Virus record (IMG/VR): IMGVR_UViG_3300043932_000200
Span: 1-26,204 of that record
Reading direction: 5' to 3' (one strand)
From: a virus
Lineage: Duplodnaviria; Caudoviricetes
DNA length: 26,204 bases
Shown here: positions 9,701 through 17,676 of the stretch, in pieces
Numbering within the stretch: position 1 is the first letter of the stretch
Layout of the letters: each line of letters starts with the position of its first letter
Notes under the pieces: model-generated
Databases searched by the model: none
What the model was told of the DNA's origin: nothing
Seen by the model: only the letters and a program-made list of their open reading frames with translations
Made by a program: the position numbers and the translations under genes

Positions 9701-11412
9701 GCACCGCCGGCCTTAAAAGAACTAGTTAAGTCTTTAATGTTGCCCTTATTTTTAATAATGATATTTCCGAGTTCATTGATACCAGTATGCAATTTAAAGA
9801 TACCTTTATCTAAGATATCGCCAATATTAATTTTTTTTGCACCGCCGAACGCTTTAGTTATGCGTTCTACTTGAAATACCAGGGTACTTCCTAAATCAGA
9901 AAACTCTTGCTTAGTATTTTTATCACCGACCCACTTAGAAATTTGACCTAAGAAAGGATTCCGCATTTTACGGATTGGGGAAACTACAGCATCTAGTAAT
10001 GCTGGCGCTTGAGCTTTAATTTGACGAACCATGCCTGGTGCAGTTTTCATCAAGTTTTCAGATGCTTCTTGATATTTGCCACCCAACTGCTCCATGACAG
10101 TTTGAGCGTCCTTCGCAGAAATCTTTCCGGCACTCATCTCGTCACGCAATTCAGCCATTGTTAACTTAGAATTTTTTTGAACTTTTTGTTCATACTTTAA
10201 CAGCGCTTCACCATACATAGGCAAAGCATCCGTAATATGGTTAAAATCGCCAAGTTGTAACAGGCTAGAACTCATCATGTGGGTGAAATTTAGCCCCAAA
10301 TTTTTCGTGTTTTCGCTGGATAAGCCGACAGCATCAGCCATAGTCAGCACAGAGCTAGTCAATTTTTTAGTTGCCGGCTCATTATCCAGAACGTGATAAA
10401 ACTGCTGATTTAGTTCATCAACAATTTCAATATTTTGACCAAATGCGACCGACAATTGATTGCCCATGTCAACCATTGCCTTACCCTTACTAGCACTACC
10501 GCTTAATGTGGTCCACGTTGCTTGCATAGTTTGCTGCTTATCGTCGTACTCTTTGACAGACTCAGTTAATTCACTGAAATGTGCCTGAATCGTTGCTAAA
10601 GCATTGGTAATACCATTTGCAATTAAATGAGCACCCAGAATTTTGCCAAATAAGTGGCTAGTCTTCTCAGCTTTGTCGTTGACACCATCAAGCTTTTCTC
10701 TGATACCGGTTAAAAGTGTTGTTGGCGTAGTTTTTAGTTTGCTGTTAAGCTCACTCATTTCACTTTTGGCTTTAGCCATCGCTGTAGCGGTCTCATTGAC
10801 ACGAATTTTCTGAGTTTCATAGGCTTTTGAGCTTTTCCCAGAGGCATCAGCAATATGATCAAGCTCAGAAGCTTGTTTCTCATACTGTTCCTTCAGATTT
10901 TCGATACTATTACCAAGTAATGACTGCCGTTCTTTCAAGGCCGCGGTTTCTTTGCCTTCAGCCCTTAGACGTTCAACATAGCTTGCGGAAACCTTATTCA
11001 TAGTTGAGTAGCTGCTTTGTAATCCAGCCAAGCCAGATTTCTGGTACTCCATGCTACTCTTGGCACGTTCTTGTTGGGCTGCTAAACTGTTTAATTTAGT
11101 TTCTGCGTTAGCAATCTGTTTTTCATATTTCAAATACGACTCAGCACTGGCATTTGTCGATCCCTTTAGCTCAGATTGTTTCTGTTTAAGACCATCGATC
11201 AATGCTTGCTGTTGCTTCATAGCATTACCTAAGCCAGTGTACCTAGCTTCGGCTGCTTTCAAGGTCTCACCGGTACTTTTTAGATTGACTTCCTGTGCCT
11301 TCCAAGCGTTAGTAACGGCCGAAACAGCGGTTTTTAATCCTTTCATGTTATTTTCAGCGCTGATTGTATCAATGGCAACCTTGGTCGTTAACGTATTGGA
11401 CATTTTAACCAT
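6715..11412 (-). CDS. Tape measure protein with C-terminal M23 peptidase and SLT lytic transglycosylase domains
   Basis: 1565 aa; coiled-coil N-terminus, tape-measure core, hydrophobic segment and W/F-periodic repeats; HDGVDF...HVH (M23) and INTESGGNPNA...GLMQ (SLT); AAAGGAGG RBS. Confidence 0.95.
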   Translation of the reverse strand: MVKMSNTLTTKVAIDTISAENNMKGLKTAVSAVTNAWKAQEVNLKSTGETLKAAEARYTGLGNAMKQQQALIDGLKQKQSELKGSTNASAESYLKYEKQIANAETKLNSLAAQQERAKSSMEYQKSGLAGLQSSYSTMNKVSASYVERLRAEGKETAALKERQSLLGNSIENLKEQYEKQASELDHIADASGKSSKAYETQKIRVNETATAMAKAKSEMSELNSKLKTTPTTLLTGIREKLDGVNDKAEKTSHLFGKILGAHLIANGITNALATIQAHFSELTESVKEYDDKQQTMQATWTTLSGSASKGKAMVDMGNQLSVAFGQNIEIVDELNQQFYHVLDNEPATKKLTSSVLTMADAVGLSSENTKNLGLNFTHMMSSSLLQLGDFNHITDALPMYGEALLKYEQKVQKNSKLTMAELRDEMSAGKISAKDAQTVMEQLGGKYQEASENLMKTAPGMVRQIKAQAPALLDAVVSPIRKMRNPFLGQISKWVGDKNTKQEFSDLGSTLVFQVERITKAFGGAKKINIGDILDKGIFKLHTGINELGNIIIKNKGNIKDLTSSFKAGGATSIKVFTQTLKDLEPVIKLVGNAAEKHPKAFARMAASMLVASKATGVLKIGVSGLIGISKAAGWLKQFSKANRAAAEAEGTLSLAQKAFNLVLKANPIGIAVVAITALAAGFIYAYKHIKPFRDAVNGLGKNLKKLFSGDFGWEKAIGKKLSSVGNTISKWGKGAGKFVSKHKTEILAGIVSPFAGLSAWFLKDTKTGKNVTKWAQGFSKDVQKMGLRKAFDKQINDAGKAFNKSKFGKWWGTVSDSFNSFKKSFSKSWSQHWNSATSTMKRNWDSNTRNTKNFFNDTGNKFNAFKKSFSKNWSNHWNDAKNTLGNAWNKSLRSSSDFGGNMMGWFGKFSSKFTGGWKSMTGGIKNIFSEMWSSIKKHAGNGINGMLDVVNGGISGIDSLLKKFGADKNVIGKIDHVKFASGGVVGGEAYRNIIVNDGFDSPETDNREMITYPDGRSEIPKGRNVSKMVQVGSVVTKASETAPFLKAHFASGGIVGGFENIVDGITGTIKKAADLVKVAQKIITNPMSSIKSLTNFSVKTVAGDVPKGLAKGMFKSTTTQVTDWWKDLWSQIKDAATEGSAAGGNWTHSPGSGWSVTSGFGNRGAVSGGYSQHDGVDFSGAKTIHAVHGGKVIRSGGAPAGWGGASGIGQNIVTKGDDGYYVIYQEFNGKNNSGAPTYVSTGDDVKTGSKIAGLGSAGTHVHIGVSKHNPFSISGTSTAGWLNLLNMTGSTSGSKKKTTGGKHGLLTPLWSNLSGVFKWVAKFLAPVMGDDAGGSEGTPSGSGVQRWASQVEKALKANGLSTSQAMINKVLRQINTESGGNPNAIGGNDGLADGNATGLMQTKPGTFRANAFPGHGNITNGYDNLLAALHYAKARYGSDLSYLGQGHGYANGGIVGVEQFARIAEGNKEEAIIPLDVSKRSRAYQLLSTTMARFKPQDGNNGTFETASTDVSGLEQRLDTIITLLSRLLGLSGQQLQALQKSDKLKGLYTAMGSDQILSDFQAL

Positions 11413-11449
11413 AAAAGTTTAACCTCCTTTCGCTAAAAATAGACAAATA

Positions 11450-11671
11450 CTACATAAACTTGGCAGCATCTGCTTTGGGATCGTGCCAAATACGCTTGTC
11501 AGCCGGTTGGGCATTGATTGTTTCGAGAAATCTAAAATAGTCTTGCTCATCAATCAATCCTGGTAATGTACCATTTTCTTGCAGTAGTTGTTTTCTCAGG
11601 TACGCCATATCTTCATGACAATTGTGCAGATATGCTAGCTGCATTCGTAACAGAACTAGTCTTTTTTTGGG
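11450..11671 (-). CDS. Tail assembly chaperone, -1 frameshift extension (gpGT-like 'T' part)
   Basis: The -1 frame is open from the slippery site CCCAAAAAAAG (11671-11661) as ...KKRLVLLRMQLAYLH to the stop at 11450. Confidence 0.8.
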   Translation of the reverse strand, partial: PKKRLVLLRMQLAYLHNCHEDMAYLRKQLLQENGTLPGLIDEQDYFRFLETINAQPADKRIWHDPKADAAKFM

Positions 11672-12033
11672 TCAGTTTCCGTTGCTGCTTCCTTTTTATT
11701 TTCAAGTTCGTACTGTTCATCAGAAAATCCCTGTAGTCGATATGTGACATAGCCTAAAAAATTACCTAAATCATTTTCAGTCAGGTTCGCAATGATTTTA
11801 TTAATATCGGTATCGCTCAACTTGAAAATGTCTTGGATAAAAGTCAACACATCTTGCCGGGTTTTGCGTGTTCTTTTGATCATCTCAACCATGCTTAAAT
11901 CTTTAGTCACTGTTGGATCATCCAACTCAAGTAAACCAATTTGAATCAATTGGGATTGGTCAATCACTTTCATAGTTGGTTTTACAATTGCTGTTTTTTT
12001 CTTAAGACCTAAATCTGTAATATTAATTTTCAA
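11656..12033 (-). CDS. Tail assembly chaperone (gpG-like)
   Basis: Between MTP and TMP; TTG start with GGGGA RBS; ends GAC CCA AAA AAA GAC TAG. Confidence 0.85.
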   Translation of the reverse strand: MKINITDLGLKKKTAIVKPTMKVIDQSQLIQIGLLELDDPTVTKDLSMVEMIKRTRKTRQDVLTFIQDIFKLSDTDINKIIANLTENDLGNFLGYVTYRLQGFSDEQYELENKKEAATETDPKKD

Positions 12034-12084
12034 AATTAAATCCCCCTATAATTTAATATGTATGGGCGCCGCAGCGCTCGATTT

Positions 12085-12141
12085 CTATAACGTAGCATCC
12101 CCGACTTTAGCCATGCCAGTGGTCGGGACTACGCTTTTGGG
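12085..12141 (-). other. -1 ribosomal frameshift cassette at the end of the major tail gene
   Basis: C CCA AAA (12141-12135) in phase just before TAG; downstream stem TCCCGAC/GTCGGGG; -1 frame reads SVVPTTGMAKVGDATL then TAG (12087-12085). Confidence 0.75.
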
Positions 12142-12809
12142 TCATTGACAGTTGTAGCTGTACTCGTATCAGTATTATTAGTGTCAGTACCATCACTTAA
12201 GACATAACCGCCAAATACTTCTTTGAACATTGCGGCTTTATCAAAGCCTTTAGCATCTGACAACCAAACCTTATAAGGTTGTTGATTACCTTGCTTGTTG
12301 ACAAACACATTAGGATCAAGTGGTGTTAAACCATTAGCCTGAAATGTATCATTAGCATCGGTTTCATTCTGTTGATCAGTACTATGCGACGAACCAGCCT
12401 TAATAACATTGGCGTTCGCCATTGCTTCATAAGTGTATGAACCATCGAAATTTTCAGCCTTTGTTAAAATAGCAATATGCGGCTTAGGCGTAACTAGCGT
12501 ATAGCCACCTTTATCGTCCGATTCATAACCCAACATTTTATTTGCTTGCTCTTTATCAAAATCTAGCGCTGTAATCGCCAAAGCTGGCGCCATCTTTGAT
12601 GTCGTCGTACGTTTTAGCTCATCATTCGCATATTGTGGTGTGCCGGCCGTTTCTAGACCAGTATAATTGGCAACAGTTAAACCCTCAGCATTGATGGTAG
12701 GACTATAAACCCCATCGTTACCTAAACCACCTTTTTCTGGATCACTAATTAATTTTCCTTTATCGTCCATTCGGCCAAACCAGCTTTGACGAATACCATG
12801 TGTTGACAT
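12129..12809 (-). CDS. Major tail protein
   Basis: Position after the tail terminator; size 226 aa; C-terminal FD...M.KEVFGGY pattern seen in lactobacillus siphophage MTPs; AAAGGAGG RBS. Confidence 0.9.
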   Translation of the reverse strand: MSTHGIRQSWFGRMDDKGKLISDPEKGGLGNDGVYSPTINAEGLTVANYTGLETAGTPQYANDELKRTTTSKMAPALAITALDFDKEQANKMLGYESDDKGGYTLVTPKPHIAILTKAENFDGSYTYEAMANANVIKAGSSHSTDQQNETDANDTFQANGLTPLDPNVFVNKQGNQQPYKVWLSDAKGFDKAAMFKEVFGGYVLSDGTDTNNTDTSTATTVNDPKA

Positions 12810-13193
12810 CTACTTGTCCTCCTTTAAAATATCTGTTCGATCAAATTGCATTGTTTTATAAACTTGATCAGTGTCTGGGTCATTTTGATGTGGTTGATTT
12901 TGTGTACAAAAATAACCGTTAGCCTCAAACAAACGGTTAATAGTAATTTCACACTTAGTTGTCGATTGGTCAAAATCTAATGAATAAAAAATTTGCACTT
13001 CAACACCGGTATGCCAACTGGTAAAACGATTATTAGCAAACCGGCCAGGCTCAGATTCAGCTTCACGGCAGATAACGATTGTCTTGTCCTTAGTGTCATA
13101 CTCATTGGGAACTTTAGTTTCAAAAACATCATCAAGCCATGAATATTGCTGGGATTTAATTAACTCGGCCGCAATATCAATTGATTCTTTCAC
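12810..13193 (-). CDS. Tail terminator / completion protein (DUF806-like)
   Basis: VEVQIFY...H..DPDT.Q pattern; directly upstream of MTP. Confidence 0.8.
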   Translation of the reverse strand: MKESIDIAAELIKSQQYSWLDDVFETKVPNEYDTKDKTIVICREAESEPGRFANNRFTSWHTGVEVQIFYSLDFDQSTTKCEITINRLFEANGYFCTQNQPHQNDPDTDQVYKTMQFDRTDILKEDK

Positions 13194-13582
13194 TCATTAT
13201 CACCGCCATTAATTTTTTCGGCCATTGCCTTAAAGGCAGCATCATTGGCACCTTTTACGGCCTGATCATAGAAGTGATCCGCATGAATCTTGATCGTACC
13301 AGCATTCATAAAATTGGCAACTCGACCGTGATCGATTTTATCTTTAACAGTAAATCCTACTAATTTGTTCCCAGTGCCCTTTTCATCCTTAGTGATAACG
13401 GAGTCAGCTAAGTGAATCCCATTATGACCTTTACCATAATGTTTTTCGCGAATAGCTTCACCAACACCTTTTTTTACAATATCGGCCCCAGCTTGCGTGA
13501 TTTTTACTTTTTCATTTGCTGTAGGAATTGTTTGTTCAATACGCCGCATCATATTTAAAAAGCCATCTTCAAAACTTGCCAT
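13190..13582 (-). CDS. HK97 gp10-like tail completion protein
   Basis: T.AGA...HLADSV...VGF...ANFMNAGT.K..ADHF pattern and synteny. Confidence 0.8.
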   Translation of the reverse strand: MASFEDGFLNMMRRIEQTIPTANEKVKITQAGADIVKKGVGEAIREKHYGKGHNGIHLADSVITKDEKGTGNKLVGFTVKDKIDHGRVANFMNAGTIKIHADHFYDQAVKGANDAAFKAMAEKINGGDNE

Positions 13583-13932
13583 TAGCCCACCTTCTCAGTT
13601 TTTTCAAGCGTCAGGTAATCGTACGTGATTACAATATTACTATCGTCCACACTGATATCAGCAATTTTATACAGCTGAGTGCGATACCTAACCAGTAAAG
13701 CATCAGTAACGCGATTGCTGTGTCTTACAACAATCACTGGCGTATCCTTTTCAGAATGTCCATTATTCTGGTATTGTCGCACAAATGAACGCGTATTATG
13801 TCGACACCAAAGTGTGAACTGTGGCACAAATGAAGCAACATAATTACCCGTATTCTTATTAAGAACAGATTTTGTTATTCCGAATTCTGCCTTCTGGTTA
13901 AATTGAGCTGGCTTATTACTATTTAATGCCAT
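13582..13932 (-). CDS. Head closure / head-tail adaptor (SPP1 gp16-like)
   Basis: Synteny; beta-rich IVVRH...Y.I..IS.DD...YD.LTL pattern. Confidence 0.8.
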   Translation of the reverse strand: MALNSNKPAQFNQKAEFGITKSVLNKNTGNYVASFVPQFTLWCRHNTRSFVRQYQNNGHSEKDTPVIVVRHSNRVTDALLVRYRTQLYKIADISVDDSNIVITYDYLTLEKTEKVG

Positions 13933-14206
13933 TGTCGGCCACCTTCACTTCCAATTGAATCAGCATCAAGATTAATCCATGGCTTAAACCGGTTGAAAGC
14001 GTACGATCATAATATAACTGCGTAGTCAACGTCTTAATTGCCCGTTTATACAGCGATTCATTAACCAATTTACTATTATCAACAATACCCAATGATCCGT
14101 TGACCATGTCGGTAGCATCGTCAATTAGGCTGGTGATTGTAGCCGTTTCTTCGTCAGTTATATCAACGTGTAATTCGGTCATTAACTCATTGACCATTCG
14201 GATCAC
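13919..14206 (-). CDS. Head-tail connector (HK97 gp6-like)
   Basis: L.VD..EE...I..LI..A...AI..L...LYYDR...LI.QL pattern; start may be a few codons downstream. Confidence 0.8.
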   Translation of the reverse strand: MIRMVNELMTELHVDITDEETATITSLIDDATDMVNGSLGIVDNSKLVNESLYKRAIKTLTTQLYYDRTLSTGLSHGLILMLIQLEVKVADNGIK

Positions 14207-14211
14207 CGTCC

Positions 14212-14493
14212 TTAATCAGCTGCAGGTGTTTCAGTGACGGTTGCTGGGATATTATTTCCATCCGTCCCAGTAACCTTTACAGCGGTAATTTTTCCATCTG
14301 TCGTTGTGAAATCAATGGATTGAATCCCGACACCTGGGGCACCTGTATCGCCTTTGGCACCATCAATACCATCTTTACCAGCAGCGCCCGTTTCACCAAT
14401 TGATCCGCCCTCTGCGACCCCTTGTTCTAACGCATTTAGTTTTGCGGCAGTGATCACATCGCCATCGTGCCATGTGTTAGCTGTATATGCCAT
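14212..14493 (-). CDS. Collagen-like head decoration / fibre protein
   Basis: N-terminal MAYTANTWHDGDVITAAKLNALEQGV motif of phage fibre/decoration proteins, nine G-X-Y triplets (GSI...GVG) and a small beta C-terminal domain; directly after the capsid gene. Confidence 0.75.
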   Translation of the reverse strand: MAYTANTWHDGDVITAAKLNALEQGVAEGGSIGETGAAGKDGIDGAKGDTGAPGVGIQSIDFTTTDGKITAVKVTGTDGNNIPATVTETPAAD

Positions 14494-14508
14494 TTAAATC
14501 ATCCCTTC

Positions 14509-14580
14509 TTAAAGTTTTGCTATACCAACTTTTGTATCCCCGACTTTTGCTGTGTCAGCTACCGGGGTTACGCTTTTGGG
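14509..14580 (-). other. -1 ribosomal frameshift cassette at the end of the major capsid gene
   Basis: C CCA AAA (14580-14574) in phase before TAA; downstream stem CCCCGGT/GTCGGGG with inner GCTG/CAGC; -1 frame reads SVTPVADTAKVGDTKVGIAKL then TAA (14511-14509). Confidence 0.75.
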
Positions 14581-16328
14581 GCCGCGGTCAAAAATTCGCC
14601 AGCCTCGTCAATCGCTTTCTGAACATCAAGTCGTAAATAAGTGGCTAATTTTTGTGCATATAGATCATTGTCTTGCCACTTAACCGTTACTTCACGTTTA
14701 ACGGCATCTAACACAAAGGACTTTAAATCACCAACCCAGCCATTTGCTCCGCCTAAATCATCATCATCAACTACATAGACGGGAGCACCAAGTAAAGTTT
14801 TACCAGACGCGCTGGCAATAGAATCTTGCAATAAATAGCGACCATTGGCATCTTTCATCAGATCAATGACATTGTACATTGATTGTGACAAAACGAAACT
14901 CTTATCATAACCCGTCGGGATATCTAAGTTATAAGCTTTCTTCAAATCATCAGCAGTGCTAACAGTGGTTTTCTTGGTTGCCTTTTGCAAAACCGCACCA
15001 ATCAAACGCTGTTCAGTAATAGCAGAGACATCATTAACATATTGACCAGCAATAGCAGTGATATTTACCGCCGAATCATCAATCATTTCTTGGGAAATTG
15101 GTAAAGCACCAGCGTAAGTATTAACACTATAATCAACGCCTACAATTGTCATTGCCAATTCTGGATTTTTTTCCAGTTCTTCCTTTGTTACTAAACCAGA
15201 ACCAGCTTTTTTTAATACAGGTAATGTCCCTTTTGGCGCACTAACGGTTTGACGGTTCACGTATTGTTTCAACATGTTGGGCGACAATGCTTCTTTTTCA
15301 ATTTGTAAAATCTGTGTCGGAATTACGGCTTCAGTATTATTAGTTGTCACACCATCACGAATTTCACCATGACTACGAATATATTTATCAAAGCTACGAA
15401 CTTCTAGATCATCTTGTTTCGCCCGTGTTAAGTTTTTGGCCATTGTTTTCTTTTCCCCCTTGTGTGCTAAATCATTTTCAGAATAATCATCTGGTAGCTC
15501 ATCATCCCGTTGTTGCGTTTTTTTATCTGAATCATTCGGCGCTGTACTTACCACTTGACTCTGTGCTGATGTTGCGGTGCTTGCTGTCGATGCGGCATTA
15601 CTAGCAGTCGAAGAAGCTGTAGAAGCAGCGGAACTAGCACTGGTTGCTGATTGGTCCGACGCCAGTGCCGTTGACGCCGCAGAGCGGGTTTCATTCTTGG
15701 CAGCAGAACTTGCAGCCGATTCGCTAGATTTAGCCGCGGTTGAATCTGAATTATTGATTCCAAGTGCTACTGCAATTTGTTTTAATAGTTCCTCTTTGTC
15801 CATCTTTTCAGTAGTCCTTTCTTTCAAAAAATTTTCTAAACTACGCTGTACGGTCACTGAAGTTTCATCATAGGCAGGTACTGTCGTTAGCGTAATTTCG
15901 CGTAATTCATCAATTTGTAAAATAGTATGGATTGTTTGTCCCTGATCGCCAATGCTCCAAGAATCATCAGAAACATGGAAACCGAATGAGCAGCCACGAA
16001 TATTACCATTAGCCACGTTCGTATAAACATCATGACCTAGCTGTGTATCCGGTAATTGGGCACTAAAAAACAGACCCACGTCATCAACTTTTAAATTGAG
16101 TGACTCTGCGTCTGTCCTAGCTAAAATATTTTCATAATTATGTGAATAGAGCAGTAAAACCTTGGATAAATCCAAATCATCTAATGCTTTAGGATCGATA
16201 TATTCAATAAATGGCATCGGGTTACTTGGTTTATTAAACTGCAAAGCATAGCCTTCGACTGCCATATCAGTGCCATCACGAATATTTAACTCACTGTTTG
16301 GCAGTGTACGAAAGTCCAGTTTACCCAT
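14568..16328 (-). CDS. Fused HK97-family prohead protease, Ser/Ala-rich linker and major capsid protein
   Basis: N-terminal GYA..FN..S...LLYSH...LART...GCSFGF...EITLTTVPAY (prohead protease); low-complexity linker; C-terminal HK97-fold motifs (VIP..I, LPISQEMIDDS, KDANGRYLLQ, TLLGAPV, VGDLK). Confidence 0.93.
   Translation of the reverse strand: MGKLDFRTLPNSELNIRDGTDMAVEGYALQFNKPSNPMPFIEYIDPKALDDLDLSKVLLLYSHNYENILARTDAESLNLKVDDVGLFFSAQLPDTQLGHDVYTNVANGNIRGCSFGFHVSDDSWSIGDQGQTIHTILQIDELREITLTTVPAYDETSVTVQRSLENFLKERTTEKMDKEELLKQIAVALGINNSDSTAAKSSESAASSAAKNETRSAASTALASDQSATSASSAASTASSTASNAASTASTATSAQSQVVSTAPNDSDKKTQQRDDELPDDYSENDLAHKGEKKTMAKNLTRAKQDDLEVRSFDKYIRSHGEIRDGVTTNNTEAVIPTQILQIEKEALSPNMLKQYVNRQTVSAPKGTLPVLKKAGSGLVTKEELEKNPELAMTIVGVDYSVNTYAGALPISQEMIDDSAVNITAIAGQYVNDVSAITEQRLIGAVLQKATKKTTVSTADDLKKAYNLDIPTGYDKSFVLSQSMYNVIDLMKDANGRYLLQDSIASASGKTLLGAPVYVVDDDDLGGANGWVGDLKSFVLDAVKREVTVKWQDNDLYAQKLATYLRLDVQKAIDEAGEFLTAAPKA
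15530..15750 (-). repeat. Low-complexity Ser/Ala/Thr coding repeat (SAASSAA / ASTASST)
   Basis: Seen in the translation of the protease-capsid linker; boundaries approximate. Confidence 0.7.
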
Positions 16329-17425
16329 TAATTGAACACCCCCTTAGCATTTAGAATTGTAGTCGCTTCACTAGGACTGAATACTGGACTTTTACCAGTT
16401 GATAATTTAGTAATATTATCGATTAATTGCTGATTATCCACATCAATCGCTGATGCCTCATCAAGATTTACTGGAACACCTAACTTCATATACAGTTCTG
16501 ATTCAATCGGTTTGATATATGTCTGCAGTGAGTTAGCATAAAGGCTACGAGTCATATCTATTGATGACTGTTGATCACCCTGACCATTAAGATAACTGTC
16601 TGGTATCCCAAATGCCTTAGCAATTTGAGTCTTAGAAAAGTCCATATTATTCAAAAACTTTGCTACATCTGCATTAATTGACAGTGAATTGAGTTGCAAT
16701 CCCTGATCTAAAACAATAGCTCGACCAGCATTACTACCGGAATTAGCCTTTTCAAATGAGCTACGAATGGCTTCTTTAGCTTCTTTATCCAAAATGCCTT
16801 CTGGTACTGTTAAGCTATATGTCGGCGCTAGCCCTTGTTTTAATTGTGCCAACGTTAATTTACGAGAATAATCTGAGATTTGAATATCACTAACTAACGA
16901 TTCCAACGGTGACATTCCAATATATTGTAATGAATTATCACCCACCGACAATAATCTAAAATGCAGCATATCGGCTGATTTGAATTTTTCAGTACCACGC
17001 TCATCATCATGAAGTACTGTGTACTCCATGTCTTTCGCATAATCCGCCAACGTTGTGGTAACTTCAGCGACAGGAATAAGTTCCAAGCGATTCGGTACTC
17101 CACTTGAATCTCTTGTAATTGTCACGTATGCATTACCTGCAAGTAACAATTGGGCTTCAACGCTCTGCCAAAAATTAAAACCGCTAATCAAGTTATTTGG
17201 TCGATTCAGCAAATTTTTAAAGGGCTCAGAAACCTTAAAATTACATGCAGCCACATCAGAGCTAATACGATTAACCAATGAAAAGATATCGCTATTCCGT
17301 AAAGCCGCTGCACCATCCACCATATTGTTTGGCATGATTTTACCATCAGTAATGATAAATGGCATGACTTGGCTAGACGGTAATACCTGTGATCTCGTCT
17401 GTAACTTGGCAAATGGATTGATCAT
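16328..17425 (-). CDS. Portal protein, HK97 family
   Basis: ALRNSDIFS.V..IS.DVA, LLL.GNAYV, DMLHFR, G.SPL, IAKAFGIP motifs. Confidence 0.95.
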   Translation of the reverse strand: MINPFAKLQTRSQVLPSSQVMPFIITDGKIMPNNMVDGAAALRNSDIFSLVNRISSDVAACNFKVSEPFKNLLNRPNNLISGFNFWQSVEAQLLLAGNAYVTITRDSSGVPNRLELIPVAEVTTTLADYAKDMEYTVLHDDERGTEKFKSADMLHFRLLSVGDNSLQYIGMSPLESLVSDIQISDYSRKLTLAQLKQGLAPTYSLTVPEGILDKEAKEAIRSSFEKANSGSNAGRAIVLDQGLQLNSLSINADVAKFLNNMDFSKTQIAKAFGIPDSYLNGQGDQQSSIDMTRSLYANSLQTYIKPIESELYMKLGVPVNLDEASAIDVDNQQLIDNITKLSTGKSPVFSPSEATTILNAKGVFN

Positions 17426-17616
17426 TTAGCCTGCCTCCCTGCTAAATCAGGGCTGAGAATCCAAGCAAGCAAAACCAACATTACGCCGGTAACTACCAAA
17501 CCAGTTAGTTGGTTTACCAGGAAACCAGTGTAACTAAAAATGGTCATTGCCACTAATACTAAAATAAAACTAGCGTTACTTAAAACCACTGTGACTAGTT
17601 GTTTCAGCTTATTCAC
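17422..17616 (-). CDS. Small two-TM membrane protein between terminase and portal (DUF1056-like)
   Basis: Two hydrophobic helices, strong GGAGG RBS and ATGA overlap with the portal gene. Confidence 0.75.
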   Translation of the reverse strand: MNKLKQLVTVVLSNASFILVLVAMTIFSYTGFLVNQLTGLVVTGVMLVLLAWILSPDLAGRQAK

Positions 17617-17676
17617 TTGTCATCCTCCTTCCATACCTTTTCTTCTATCCCTTTAACGTAAACAAGGCGTCATTTT

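Noticed and set aside
7397-11422. Several plus-strand ORFs inside the tape measure gene, including 234 aa at 8651-9355
   Set aside because: They are antisense shadows of a long coding frame, with no RBS noticed and no protein-like motifs.
12064-12080. GC-rich hairpin GAGCGC/GCGCCC between MTP and TAC
   Set aside because: Short, imperfect and without a U tract; cannot be called a terminator.
12095-14570. The duplicated cassette read as an att site, recombination repeat or DGR repeat
   Set aside because: No recombinase or reverse transcriptase in the window, and the mismatches preserve pairing and reading frame rather than showing adenine-specific variation.
15344-15873. Overlapping ORFs across the capsid linker on both strands
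   Set aside because: Explained by the low-complexity repeat lacking stop codons in other frames.
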